Of a stretch of 64,000 bases of DNA, positions 11,690 through 26,050 are shown piece by piece. A program made the translations under genes and the position numbers. The notes beneath the pieces were generated by a model. It did not search any database, was not told the DNA's origin, and worked only from the letters and a program-made list of their open reading frames with translations. The first letter of the stretch is position 1; every line of letters starts with the position of its first letter. Source of the DNA: Octopus vulgaris (lineage: Eukaryota); contig OX597826.1 of the NCBI GenBank assembly GCA_951406725.2, forward strand, positions 82,026,001 to 82,090,000. The letters run 5' to 3'.

Positions 11690-11950
11690 ACTCCAAGGAG
11701 TATTCCACAAAATAAATTCTTAAATTATTGAAAATGTCAATCTCTTTCGAGAGAAGAATAAAGACAAGCCTTGTAATAATTGTAACTTATGAGAAGGAAA
11801 GAGACAATTGCAAGAACTATCGATTCTTGGAAACACAACAATAACCAAAAGACACGTTGATTGCCTGAAGATAAGTAGACAGCAACATGGGTAAACTTCT
11901 GCCTCACAAGGCGTCATTAGCAATTAACTCACCTCGTATCCAGGAGGTGA
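11690..11950 (+). mobile_element. LINE RT N-terminal relic (RTE-like)
   Basis: Near 11776-11825 the plus strand reads IIVTYEKERDNCKNYR (compare IVTLYKxKGDxxxCxNYRGI). Confidence 0.4.
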
Positions 11951-12018
11951 GAAACTGAGATATACAGGAAAAAATGGGTAGAAAATATTCACTGTTGACA
12001 CAAGGCATTTGTTTATTC

Positions 12019-12070
<52 letters not shown>

Positions 12071-13074
12071 CTCTTTCTCTCAGGGAAGATATTTTTAATA
12101 AAAATATTTCATTTATGCTATGTCGTAAAAATTGTACACACGGACACATGCATAGCTGGAGGGATAGATATTTATGAGCGTATGAACATATATATATATA
12201 CATACATGTGTGTATGTGTGTGTATACATCTATAAATACTCCCACACATATATATACCTCCGTGTGTGTGTGTGTGTGTGTCTACAGACAAATAAACTTT
12301 TCTTTTTCTTTCTCCTCTACCATTAATCTCCTGCCAAAATATCTAATTCTTCCATAAAAAAAACCCACCAGAAACCGCTGTCGTAATTGCTATTAACGAG
12401 GCTTGGCTGAAGTAAATTACCAGTCAATTTATGCCAGTATTGACTAAATATAAAAGGTCATTTGACAAGATAAAAACGAAATAGGAATATTTGTCGAATT
12501 CTGTGGAATTTACGCTCTTATTAGTTGTTATATTATTTAGTTTTGGCGAAGAGAAATATGTAACACACACACACACATTCCTTATGAAATACAGAAGAGC
12601 AAACGATAGAGGCTGTATGCGGTCACTCGGTGTCGCAGCAATAGTGGTAAAATTACCCATAAATCACCCTCTATTGCCTTAAAAATTGATACGTTAGATG
12701 AAATTGTTATGGTTTTCCTGTACAAAGAGAGGGAAAGGTTACAGTTAGAAATATCTGATGGTGTTGACTAACGTAAAAGTTGGTGAAATGTTTTATGAAA
12801 GAAACAAATACCAGCGTGAGTCCTTTCGCTGCTAAATCTTTTATAGTTTCCTTTATCTCAGCAGGAAGAACTGTAAGACGCTGAAGGGTGTGCGAAGACT
12901 CTTCTCAGATGAGGAGGAGATGGTTGATGGTCGGCTTGGACCTTAGTTGTTTGGTGCTCAGGGTAAATTGAGCCGAGGAAAACGAAGGAGCTTGTTCTCG
13001 TTCTGCTGAAAATAACAGCCAAACACTCTTCATACAATAACCTTCTATCTTAGTATAAACGAACTCCTCATTGA

Positions 13075-14140
13075 TCAGAGCTTTGATAACTTTGATAGCT
13101 TTCGGCCAGTAAAGGCCCAGGCCATGTCTAACTCAACAGCACCCCCTGGTGAAGTCTTTTAGTCATATATGGGTCACCATATCCCACTCTAGCAAAGAGT
13201 TATTATTGTTGGAGAGATATCCGAGTGTAGGAGGTTGGTCCGGGATTTTTGAAAAAATTTGTCCAGTGAATTTTTGAATTTTATGGGATCCGTTTCCGTT
13301 TTGATGTATTTTGGTATGATATTAAAGAGAACTAGACCGGTTGAGGTAAAGTAGTTGTGATGTAATGTTGTTATGTGTCTGGAGTTCGATTTTTGTAGTG
13401 GGCGGATAGCACGGGGGCCAAGTCTTGGATGGATTTTAAAATTGATGCCAACATCATTTGTGCAATATTGATGGAATATTTTCCACATAACACAAATGAT
13501 GTAGCGCTCCAGGTGGCGTTGGAGAGAGTAGAGGTTGAGATTTTTTAGTCGACCCCCCAATAATCAATGCCTCTCATGCAGTCTATCTTTCTTGTTATTA
13601 CTTTCATAATGAGTTGCTTGTATGGGGGGGGGGGGCACAGTGGGCAACAGTACTCAAGGTGGGGTCGGGCAAAAGTAGAGTAGAGAAGGATGATGGAGTA
13701 GGCATCTCTAGATCGGAAAATTCTCAGAATCGAGGAGAACATCTTGCGGGCCAAGTCAACCTTGCTGTTTACGTGGGAACTCCAGCTTAGATTGTTATCA
13801 ACAATTACTCCAAGATCTCTGGTGTTGTTGGATGACACTAGCGAGTCGCCCGAGGGAAGAGCATATGGTAATTTCAGAGTTTCCTCTTTTCCAAAGTGGA
13901 TCAAATCAAACTTATCTTTGTTTAAAAGCATATTGTTTTTTTCCCACCCATTGGACAATAGAAAACAGATCTGACTGAAGGTATGTTCGGTCTCTCATGC
14001 CGTTTATGGCTTTCTGGAGTTTGGAATTATCTGAAAGTATTTTCAATGTAGAATGTTTGATGATATCTACTATGTCAGTCATGTAAATAATGAAGGGGAG
14101 TGGGCCCAACACAGTACCTGGCGGGACACCACTACTGATT
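13075..14140 (-). mobile_element. CR1-group LINE, 5'-truncated, RT C-terminal half plus 3' UTR
   Basis: ORFs 13912..14112, 13545..13958 and 13189..13560 give GVPPGTVLGPLPFIIYMTDI, KILSDNSKL (degenerate FADDxKL), RDLGVIVDNNLSWSSH, LYSTFARPHLEYCCPL, LKNLNLYSLQRHLERY and FKNSLDKF. Frameshifted. Confidence 0.9.
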
Positions 14141-14692
14141 TTGTTCTAGATAAGTATGTAGCACACACACACTTCCCACAACACATACACAGGCACAGAA
14201 AAGGTCCAACGAGGGTTCAGAATGGAAAACAAAAGAGGGATTGTTACAGCGCGAAAGCCTTTGGCGATAGCTTTGCTGGATCAATATCTAATTCGAGGAT
14301 GAACTTTAACAAAGATAAGAAAACCATTGAGGGGTGATTAGAGTTCCAGAGCTTCAGAAGGTGTTGTTTAGTGGAGGGTTAATACGAATTGAGAAATATC
14401 ATAGAAAAGAAAATAAGTGGTCGGTGCAGGTTTCAAGGTTGAGGCACAGTAGGTGTAGCAAGGGGATGATGAGTATGTGAACCAAGAGGGAAATTCATTG
14501 GCAGGTTGCATGCTGGCTGGCTTGTTCATAGTCAGTATTACAAACTCACAAGGAACGAAAATATAGCGTTTTTGTGACCTACTAACGTTTGCTGTCGAAA
14601 AACCAGATGGCCTTCTTGTCTCCTAATACTAACAACGCCTGCTACTGCTCGTCAGCAGCAGCAGCAGCAGCAGCAACACCCCCACTACTACA

Positions 14693-14748
<56 letters not shown>

Positions 14749-15399
14749 AGTAGCGCTGCCAAACTTACTTCCATTACACCCTATGAACATTTATCCTCAT
14801 TTATTTTCTCCTCTGTCAAAACCAATGTCAGCTATTTCGACCCCCCTCTCTCTCTACCCGGCTTCCTACACCTCCTACTATCTCCATCCTTTTCCCTCCA
14901 TTACTGTAAGGAAGGGCAAATCTGGAACGACAACAACCACACTCGCAGTAGCATAGGAACAATAACAACAAATACAGGCAAGAAGAGAAACTCAGCCACC
15001 ATATTCCAATGACACAAACAGTAGAAGCGTCAGTGATAAAAAGGAAGTGGTGGTGGTGGTGGTGGGAGGGGGGCGTAGAGAGAAAATAAACACGAACCAC
15101 ATCTGAGCGCCATAAACCAAAAAAAAAAAGAAAAAAAAGAAAAAAACTGAACAATAATTTCAAGTAATGGCAATAACAACAAGTGTAAGAGCAAGGGAAA
15201 ATATGTAAACAGCTAACCTAGATGAGAGCAACGATTATTAACGGATGATTATCCCATTAAAGTGACATCTATTTTACTAGTCTATCACATGACCTACCAT
15301 TGCTCGCTTGTTGACTGCCACTGCTGTAGAAGCATTCTCTCACTACCGCCAGACCCAATCTTCCCCAATCTGCACTGTCTCTATTCTCTTTATTTTTTT

Positions 15400-15480
15400 T
15401 TTTACTTCAGTCATTGGATTGCGGCCATGCTGGAACACCATTTAGTAGGATTTTATTCGAATAAATTGAACCCAGTAATT
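15400..15480 (-). mobile_element. SINE family A, 3' end fragment
   Basis: ttcagtcattggattgcggccatgctggaacacc is the reverse complement of the family A terminus. Confidence 0.7.
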
Positions 15481-16045
15481 ATTTGGTTCTTACTTGTCGC
15501 TTATGTAAAAACGGGGGCGGACTAACGAGCCCCTGTTTCGAAGCAGAGAAACGAACAACCAGGAGCATATGAAACTTTTTCTGTCAATTGATCTTCTTAG
15601 TTATCTTCTAGAATTTAGAAAGTATTTAAATGTTTATTGTACGAGATTTTGTCAATCAATTTCTTACCTAACAGCAGTTGTTCGGAGTTTTTCCATTTAC
15701 CGTAAGAAGCTATAATATTTAGTGAAAATCAATAGAGATTCTGAAATATAAAGATAACAATTTAAAGACAGCTAAAATTATTGGTTTTGAGTCTTCTTAC
15801 TGACTTGTTAAGTGGGAATCTGGGTAAGTGTTTTTTTTTTAGTTCATGGGTAGGCGTAAGGGTATATATTGTCTTACGCCTATAAGCGCAGCCTATCCAC
15901 GAACTGGCAAAATACATAACTCAAGTATGTGTGTTCGATATTGTTTATATCCTCGAGTTGCTTTTTATTCATATTTGAATGTGTGTGTGTGTGTGTGCGT
16001 GTGTGCGTGTGTGTGTGCGTGTGTGCGTGCGTGTGTATGTATGTA

Positions 16046-16105
<60 letters not shown>

Positions 16106-16948
16106 CGTGTGTGCGTGCGTGTGTGTGCGTGTGTGTGTAAACAATCTGGACTTTTTGCAATATGGCATTCGGAAACTAATGCACCGCGTTCAAAACATTG
16201 TTTTCTTTTCCTATTTTATCGAAAATTGTATCTAACGACGCCATTATTTACCACATGCGACATAAAACATAGAAAACAAACAACTATTAGTTTTACGAAT
16301 GTACATTTACCTGCAATAGTTTTAATATTTGATGTTATTCAAACAAATACCTATATTCATTAGAATAATCTGTTATTAAACTCTAATTAAAATCCTCTGT
16401 CTTTTTTTTCTCTCCGTTTTTTGAAGATTCTGTTCTGATTCATCATATGTTCCAGTTATCAAACTCCGCGTTTTTGTTTGTCTCAAAAACTCTTTGATTT
16501 GCAGTTATTGATCTTTTTTTTAATGTGTTTTAATCAATTTAGTCTTTTTTTTCTTTATTTTTTTTTGTGTTTTTAGAGTTGTGGAAAGTAGAGATTTCGT
16601 TTTCTATAAATACTTAGATCGTTGCCTCGAAGATTTCCTGGATGTCTGACCGATCTAGTGAAATTATGAAGTTGGCGATATCAATGTTTACACAAAATAA
16701 CAACAAGAAACAACGAGAGGCGCAAAAAATAAATAAAAGTCGTATTAAGAACGATATTCATTAAGATAACTTTCGATTGACTTTCTATTCTGTCGCTGTT
16801 TATCAATAATTTATGCTGCAATCAAAAAGTCTACATGTATAGCAAAAGTTTTGTTAAACTTTCTATTTCATGTCTTGGCATGAGAACTCAGTTATCAACA
16901 GCGAAACTTAAACTGGGTTAATTGATATTCTACTAGTTAAATCAGCAT

Positions 16949-17020
<72 letters not shown>

Positions 17021-17518
17021 ACACACATACGCGCGCGCATAGATGATAATAATAATAATAATAATAATATATTTGTAAAATAGATCGATATTCTGACTAA
17101 TTACGGGTGTGTCACAAATTGCTTGACACAAAGAAATAGTTTAAGTGTTTTAATCCAGCTTTGCTTAATTAGAAGGCGAATGATATGAAGCCAAATTATG
17201 GATTCAAATTAGAAGTAGACTTTGTAAGTGTATATTTATAGACATTGTTTAATATCGCGCAACAATTTCTGTTTGTCACAGAAAGTTTTATCCCAGGAGC
17301 AGAGCAAACAAATTAAGAGTTCGCTGCTCTACTGCCAAGGACGAACAAAAACTGAGACATGTCCAGACATGCCTTGATTATATTCAAACATCAGAGTTAC
17401 TCTCCTCTACATTCCAGATTTAATTATTTTAAATTGATTTTAATTAAGGGAAATCCAGTATTGTGCCTTTTGGTCTACCCTTTTAACAAGTATATATGTA
17501 CATCTTATACGACTGTTC

Positions 17519-17595
<77 letters not shown>

Positions 17596-17681
17596 CTATA
17601 TGAATACACATACACATTATGTGTGTGTGTGTGTGTGTGTGTGTGTTTGTATGTATGTATCAATATACATGTATGCATTAA

Positions 17682-17835
17682 GGCGGCGCGCTGGCAGAAT
17701 CGTTAGCACGTCGGAGAAAGCTCTTAGTAGCATTTCATTTGTCTTTACGTTCTGAGTTCAAATGATTCCGAAATCGGCTTCGCCTTTCATTCTTTCGGCG
17801 TCGATGAAATAAATACTAGTTGAACCGGGTTTGAT
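17682..17835 (+). mobile_element. SINE family B, 3'-truncated
   Basis: ggcggcgcgctggcagaatcgttagcacg...ctgagttcaaat...gcctttcattctttcggcgtcgat. Confidence 0.85.
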
Positions 17836-19988
17836 GAGCCTTTAATTCTGTTAATGTTTGTTATTTTGATGTCTATGAAAATATTCCTTATAAAATGCAC
17901 ACTCACGCATCTTGACGGCTCATACACATACAAGAACAGAAAGAGAGAGAGAGAAATCAGGGGTAAATGTATGTATTTTGTGGTGGTATTATATGTAGTA
18001 TGTTTTCGTTGAGGGAATCAAATTTGAGGCGAAATATTTACCAGGTCGAATAATTTTTCCTACATTGGAGATATGAATTGTAGGGTATATTAGCACATTA
18101 GCTAAACAAATTAGCAATTTTATATATAGTTTCTCTTTCTGGCTTAATTCTTCTCTTCTCTAATATCCCACAATGTGATATGGTATCCGCTGGAGAATAT
18201 TGATATGAATAAATATAGCGACGGACAAAATGGCGAAAGTGATAAAAAATCTTTTAATGTTCAACCGGAACAAGATTAACAAGAATAAAGTGTTACTATT
18301 AAGCCACAATAATTCTTTACCCGGGAAGTGTAGGATGTATAGTAAACATAATTTCGCATTTAAGCCCTTTCTCTCATGGTTTGTTGTGAAGAAATAAATC
18401 TGTGTTAATTTTACGATCAATACAACATGGTGAGAAGTGGGAGATCTAAAATGGTTATCAAATCGACAAACAATCAATCGTTCGGGATTCGATTTTATGG
18501 GTTTAATTTCTTAACGCTGGCGTACCGGAGTAGAAAAAGATCTGGGGATTCAATAGAATTTCGATAGCATTGTGCTTATTGTTATTATGGTCAATAGTGA
18601 GAATACGTCTGAGTTAAACAAGGCATTACAGAACGAGGCAACGTGGGAGTATCTACATGGATGCTTGATATGCTAGAGATAGTAACCAAAACACCTCTAA
18701 ACCACAACTCACTATTTTGAAAAGTTGACAATCTACGTTTCTAATTCAGTATAGCAGAGTAAATCAACTTCTTGAGACGCAGGCTTTTACGACAAACAGA
18801 CAGAAACTATTTGATAACAACAATTGGATATTGTAGTCTGGGTTACATTATTACTAAAGAATCAAAAGGGATAGTTATAGCTGAAATGATTTCAGTCCCT
18901 TAGTATGCTCGTTCAGGGCCGACAGAAGGTTATATACATCAGAAACTTTCTTGTGCTTCCTGAGTCTGTGGATATGCACCCGTAAAATTCTAAGAGAGAA
19001 ACCTGGATAAGGTTTTTCGTCTGGAAGAGCAATTATAGTGCATGTGTGCAATTTTCCAGTCGCCTCGCCACTATTCTGGTACAGAGAAAAGGCAAATGTC
19101 AATAAAGTTTAAAACCAGAATCGTTGGCAGCCTCGTCAGCAAGGTCGGAACTGACATCTCAAGATATTCCGGACCTGGTAATAAACAACAACAACAACAC
19201 AATTTCATGGAACCCATCCCCATTCCCCAACCATATATTTCGGTCTATTTTAATAGAAAAGTCTCGAAAATTATCGAAATTATAATTATATTAATTAAAG
19301 TCATCTACTTTTTTATATGAACTAAATTGACGTTTAAATCTGATTCGTCATCTTTCATCATCTGCGCATGTGTACAAATGGTATATATGTGTGCGTGTGT
19401 GTAGATATATGTGTGCGTGTTCGAGCTGTTGAAATTCTTACTCCGTTGTTCTTCCGCTTACACTCACTTCATGCAGAGTTTCAAATTTGCTGCATAAACT
19501 CTATTTCACCTTCAGCTTCATTAACGTCATATGAGCTTTTTAGGAAATTGTAACAACACGCACGCACACACACACACACACGCACACACATACACACACG
19601 CACACACAAACACACGCACACATGCACGAACATACGAGAGTGTGGAGACATGCATATATTCATACATACACGCAAATACACCGTTATACATACACACATA
19701 TAAGTTGTGAGAGAGTGGAGAAAATAGTTTTGTGCTTCGTTTGTGCCATGCAAGTGCTTCTACTGGGTATCAGCAGGACAGTGTATGCATAGATATTCCA
19801 TCTGATGACAAAGAGAAATATATTACGAGCATTAAAAAACTCTCTCCACCCTATTGACATGGTGCACAAACAAGTCAGGAAAAGATATCCAGTTCCAATA
19901 TGGTTCGCAAGCACAGGAATATGGCTATGCTTCTGTGAGTATGTATCTATGTGTGTGTGTGTACGTGTGTGTGCGCGCACGCTTGTGT

Positions 19989-20026
<38 letters not shown>

Positions 20027-20896
20027 CGTTCATAGATATACTCTGTATATATAGTTGTATATATCGCATGCAAGAGATTTTCAAAATTTCCAATGCCATT
20101 TCCTCCTCTCTGGTTTTATATTCCTGTGTGTTTCTGTGAATATATACATACATACATACGCACATACAAACACATACATACATATAGAGCGCAATGAAGA
20201 ACCAAATAAAACTTGATGAAACAAGTACAAGTACAGAAGGAAGTACAATGTGGTGGGTTGGCAACATAAACTAAGGCCCCTCACTGAAATGGCGTCCAAC
20301 ACAGCCACATTCCAATAATTGAAACCAGAGGAAAGCTTTAAAAAATTCTCACTAAAGAATGTCTTTCTGTAACCGTTTTCCTTCTGCGTATGAAATAATA
20401 ATGAAAAAGTAGAACAAAATATATACATAAAAAAAAAAATTAAGAAACATAATTTTGATAGGGGTTTCAGGGTGGATATCTTTGAGAAAATTTAGTTGTC
20501 TCTCATAAATATAGGTGGAAAAGTTTCTCATTTATGTAAAAAGTAACAGAACAAGAAAATACGCGATAGAAATGCGAAAAAATTATTCTATCAAAGGAGA
20601 AAAGAAATATACAAATAATGGCAATAGTGAAAAATGAAAAGATAAATAAAATTGCGTTTGTAATCCATCTTCGCTTTAATGTGATAAGAAGTGGGAAGTT
20701 CAAACAAAAAACGGTTTACAGTTATTTCACAAAATATATAAAAATGAGGTTCGCAGTTAAAAGAAGGAGTTTAAGGATTTGAAGGAATTCCAAGATTAGA
20801 AACAATGAAACTGAATTGAGGGAAAAATTAACTTTTCATTTCTGTACATGTATATCTGTGTGTGTGCGTTTGTGGGTATGCTTCTGTGTGTTAGCA

Positions 20897-20933
<37 letters not shown>

Positions 20934-21448
20934 ATGTGTGTGCGCGCGCGCTTGTGTACAATATATATATATATATATATATGTACATTCATAGATATAC
21001 TCTTAAATATACAACTGCATATATAGTTGTATGTATATACATTTCTCATTCTCTCTCTCTCTCTCCATACACACACACACACGCACACACACACACACAC
21101 GCACACACACACACACACGCACACACACACACACACGCACACACACACACACACGCACACACACATAAATACTTACATACAGGCACACACATATATGGCT
21201 GTGTGTGTACTTATGTATGTGTATTTATGTGTGTATGCATGTATGTATGTATGTGTGTATGTCTGTGTGTGTACGTATCTGAACGTTGATATGTGTGTGT
21301 GTGTGTGTTCACCTATGTGTGTACAGAGTTACTTCTACTTTCGAAAGTAACTGCGAAGTTGAAGAGCCAAAGTCCGGCAGAATATACACACAGCTCCGAT
21401 ATATAGAAGCACAAATGCGCTCACGCGCGGACACACATATACTGTCCC

Positions 21449-21479
<31 letters not shown>

Positions 21480-22677
21480 GCAGTTGACTCGAAAAAATGC
21501 CAGAATATAAATGTTGCCCAAAATGTTTATTCAACAAATGTTTTGATATAAACAGAAAATCTTTTTGAGATGCTTTTAATTTGAAAGCCATTTGGCTGTA
21601 ATGAAAGGGACGCTCAAATTACAAAATCGTTTCTATTCTGTGCTTTATACACATTCACACACACACACACACGCACGCACGCACACACACGCGTATACTC
21701 ATGCACACAAATGCGTACAGATGCTCTCTCTGACACACACACACACACATACACGTATACACGCACGAACATATACACATCATATAAAGCGAGTTCCAGA
21801 CGGAGACATTTCGGCGTGCTAGAGATAATAGTTAAAACATGTCTTATATAAAAAGAAACGGTTTTGCAATCGTAGATGTTTTTGGTGGTAGAAAAGACGT
21901 GGAGGGCATGGCCGGAATGATTTTGATCAAAAGTCTTCGGGTTAAACATCAACGACTTATGACCAGCGATATTTCTTCAAATAAGTTAATATGGACTGAA
22001 TAACTATCGCAAAGAAAGCAGAAAGAAAAGAAAGAAACAAACAAATTATTCGTAATTGAAATTTCCCTTTTAGTTGGAGAAAGTAAAACCCTGGCGTTAA
22101 TTGGTAGAGACGCTCACAGAAAAGGGGAGATAATTTCAAGAAACTAAAAGAAAAACGTCTCGCAAAACAAATTTATTTGCTCCAGGGAAATATTATTTGT
22201 TATTTTGCGTTTGTTATTTGTGTGTTCATAATGGAGGTTCTAAAGTGTGTGTGAGGTGGGTGTTTTGCTGGGGGGGACTACAACGTCGTTAACTGTATGT
22301 ATGTATGTGTGTATGTATGTATGTATGCAAATATATATGTGTTTGTGTGTGAGTATATATACATTTTACGCACATACATACACACACACATAGAAATTTC
22401 ATTTTATATTTAAATACTTTTCCTTTCCTGTTTGTTTCAAGATGTTTAACCTAAATTTCTCATTTCCTTCGTCTCTTACAAGAAAATAAAGTTTCACACA
22501 CAATCCATAGACCGAAATTAATGAATTCAAAACATTTCATTAGGCGAAAAAATATATTTGTTTTGTTTTGTTTCAATTTATCTAAAAAAATTTATTCCCC
22601 CCTCCTCCTCCTTTCACCTCTCTTTCTCTTTCTTCTTTTCCTACTACTTTAATTTCTTCTTCGTCATCGTCCTCCTC

Positions 22678-22875
22678 AGAGCTGGCAGAATCGTTAGCAC
22701 GCTGGGCGAAATGCTTAGTGGCATTTCTTCCATCTTTACGCTCCGAGTTCAAATTTCACCGAGGTCGGTTTTGCCTTTCAATCCTTCTGGATCAATGAAA
22801 TTATAGCTGAGCACTAGGCTCAATGTAATCAATTCGACCCCTTCCTCGACAAGTTTGGACCCTTGTACCTACAGT
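22678..22875 (+). mobile_element. SINE family B, diverged
   Basis: gagctggcagaatcgttagcacgctgggcgaaatgcttag...gagttcaaatttcaccgaggtcgg. Confidence 0.82.
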
Positions 22876-22924
22876 CACAACTTGGCAAAAGAGGTTGAGT
22901 GTCCCCCCCTTTCAGATGTTTATA

Positions 22925-22960
<36 letters not shown>

Positions 22961-23234
22961 AGAGAGAGAGAGAAAGGGATAGATAGATATGTAAATACAT
23001 TTGTGTGTGATCTGGGAATTTTTATGGATACTTGAAGGAGTTTTCAATTGTTATATTTACTTTACATGAAAGTATTATAATGTTGCGTTCTTTGATTATC
23101 TCCCTTGAAAACATGGTCATCGTTTGCACGTAACCTATGGTGGTATTGCTGTTTCCAAAGTCTATTTTCGTTTCTCTATTAGGAATTTTACTCGCGTATC
23201 TATCATAAAATGAGCTGCTTGGCGGAGGTCTGCG

Positions 23235-23420
23235 GAGGATGACATGACAAGCCTTGACTATTGGGATCGACTCAAAAAGGGTCTCTGAAAACAACAACCC
23301 TCTGCTTGAATGGGTTACGGTCCCCCAGAGCTGACTGTGTGTCTCTTCCAGGTGATGCTATTAAATTAGACATGGCCTGAGTCAACTTCGGCCGAAACTA
23401 ATCTAAGTAATCTAATCTAT
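23235..23420 (+). mobile_element. CR1-group LINE 3' end, internally deleted, related to 13075-14140
   Basis: DDMTSLDYWDRLKK is joined directly to the 3' end. ttagacatggcctg...ggccgaaa and aac.ctctgcttgaatggg match the reverse complement of 13100-13200. Confidence 0.75.
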
Positions 23421-23796
23421 GCTGTAACCTTTTAATCAAAGCATGACAACATGGGTAGACGCTGTTATCTTAACATGTTTGATAGTCTTAAGTATAAAAA
23501 AGAATTATTAAAGATTTATATAGAACTACGTTCAGAATATGTCTATAAGCTATTGTGCTTAGACCTGGTTTCTATCCTCAAACTGTTCCGTTTTGTAGAT
23601 GCAATTTTTTTCTTCTTTTTAATAAAGTACTCCGAAATAAGAAAAATCAAAACTCTGCAACAATCTCGGTCCCATGAGTATCGGATAATGGATTTTCAAC
23701 TGAGTAAAGAAACTGATTGTGGTGATCGTAGTTTTGACGGTGATTGTGGTGAAAGCAGAGACAGTGTTGATGATGACCATGGTCGAGATATGTTTG

Positions 23797-23917
23797 GGAG
23801 GAGGTTATGTTTTTGCCGGCGTTGGTTTGGGAAATTGGGCGATTTTCAGCATGCGTGTATATGGGTGGAAATTAGCTGCTTGGCGGAGGTCTGCGCTCTC
23901 CGAGTGCTTTCCTAGTT
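23797..23917 (+). mobile_element. Helentron-associated non-autonomous element (HINE-like), internally deleted
   Basis: The 5' part is ggaggttatgtttttgccggcgttggtttg. The 3' part has the sub-terminal repeat cttggcggagg (23879-23889), the hairpin gcgctc-tcc-gagtgc (23893-23907) and a ctagtt end. Confidence 0.65.
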
Positions 23918-25385
23918 TTGAAAGCATTCCTTACTACCATATTACATATTCTTCGCTATCATAGATGTCGCTGATGTTGTTTAACGTTGGGTCATTTCCA
24001 AGGAAATAGCTTTAGCATTTGCACTCGATGACCCAATTTTCGATCGGTGTCGTGCGATATGACTGGTACTCATTTTCTCTGTCTTCATATGTCTCGGTTT
24101 AATACTTTAATCATGTTATCAGGTGATATTGTTCTGCTGATCTTGTGGCCCTATCTTTCACACTTACGCAAGCTATACATCTGGTCATTATCAAAAGAAA
24201 TTACACAGGCCTAGGAAAAAAATGCAAGGATGGTGCGAATGTTTGTGAGTAATTTACCGTTTTTGGCACCAACGGAACCAGAATTGTCGTTGCTGTTTGC
24301 TCAGACTAGATTTGTTATGAAGTACTGGGACCTGTCATCGTCAAAAGTATTCTCACCGTAACCAACGTAATTTTCCTTAAACAGCGCCCTGCATTTCTTT
24401 CTAGACGTGGATATAATGTAGAAAACCACAGAACTGCAGTATTCGTCTCGAGAAAATATTTATTTTAAACATATAGTGCAAAAAGCGTAGTCTCATCAGC
24501 AGACAGAAAAGAGCCTATTAGCGGTGGAGGAATTGCAAAGTCTAGATTTCTGCTTCTCTGAGGGCCATCTTCACCGAAAGCGAATATTTATCAAGCTTAT
24601 CAGCCCATTGGGACACCAATAATCTGTTAATCACTATTCTTTTTTACACCAGCAGAAGCTAATCTTTTGTATGCATGAGGTTATTAGTGGATACTTGCTA
24701 TTGACGACGTTCAGAGAACCAGAAATGTAGATTTAACAATCCCATCACTGCTGCAGGATACGTTTCGTCTGCTATTCATATAATTCTGTGCTTTTTAGCA
24801 CTCTACTCCTTTACAAGATGAATCTTCGGGACGAATACCGCAGTCTTATGGCTTTCTATTCTATATCCATGTTAAGTAAAGTATACAAAATGCGATTTTA
24901 AATTAATTATGTATGTCAGGAACCAGGGACCACATTCCCCATTTTTTACCCTTTTTCCTGAGATACTAGAATGAAATTTGAGATACCTTCGCTGCTATTT
25001 CAAGCAAGCCGAGCGACCGAGTAGAGGTTGTGTGTAAGACGAAATGAGGAACTGTGAAGTTGCTTCCCAACGGGATTTGAACTCAAGACGTCAATGAACT
25101 ATCACAAAAATTTAATACCACGTTTTATTACCTTACAGTTCTTAACTATCTACTATCATTGACAACAATAACAACAGTAAGATCAACAACTGGATCGCCA
25201 TTGCTGCTACCACAACTCATATCATCCTACCACCACCACCACCACCACCACCACCACCACCGCCGCCGCCGCCGCCACCGCCATCACCACCGCCACCGCC
25301 ACTAAACATATTGAAAATTCAAAAGTCTTCTTAGTTTGTAAACATTGACGTGTTTGTTAGCCATATCTTCATATCTATACTTGAT

Positions 25386-25420
<35 letters not shown>

Positions 25421-26050
25421 GCGTGTTTACAAAATTTCCAACATCGCGGTGCCACAACTCTGAGGAATGCAGTCATCAGATTAAACTTACTTTCCGTTAT
25501 TTTTTCTTCTTCTTTTCCTGGGGTTTTTCCTTTTCTTTTCTTTTGCTGCAACAAACTTAAGACTCATGTCACTGCCAAAATTTGCCAATTTTTTTTTTTT
25601 ATTTATCTTCATGTTATCTCTCCCTTTTTTAATATGCCAAAAACTGTAACATTGCCTGCATACACTGATAGACATTAAAGGCAGATTTGTATCCTAAGAC
25701 ATAGGAAGCAGTTTCACAGTTGTTATTCTTGGACTGAGCCGTGTCTTACAGATTCTGTTTTCGCCAGAGACAAATTTGGTAGATTTAGCGATAGATTCCA
25801 GCTCAATTTTCACTTCTTCAACGAAGGCAACACTAAAGCATGAAATCAAATCTATGTCACACTAACTTCTATTTTATAAATATCTATAATTTTTCCCACC
25901 AAACAGAACACACACACACCTATATATATATATATACATACATACATACATATATAAGAGTGTGTATACATGCGCACACAAAAGCAGAGAAACACATACA
26001 CGCCACACACACGTATATATACGAATGTATTAAGAGTATATTTACGAATG

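Noticed and set aside
24480-24630. Minus-strand QIIGVPMG ... SADETT as an RT relic
   Set aside because: Suggestive, but too short and decayed to call.
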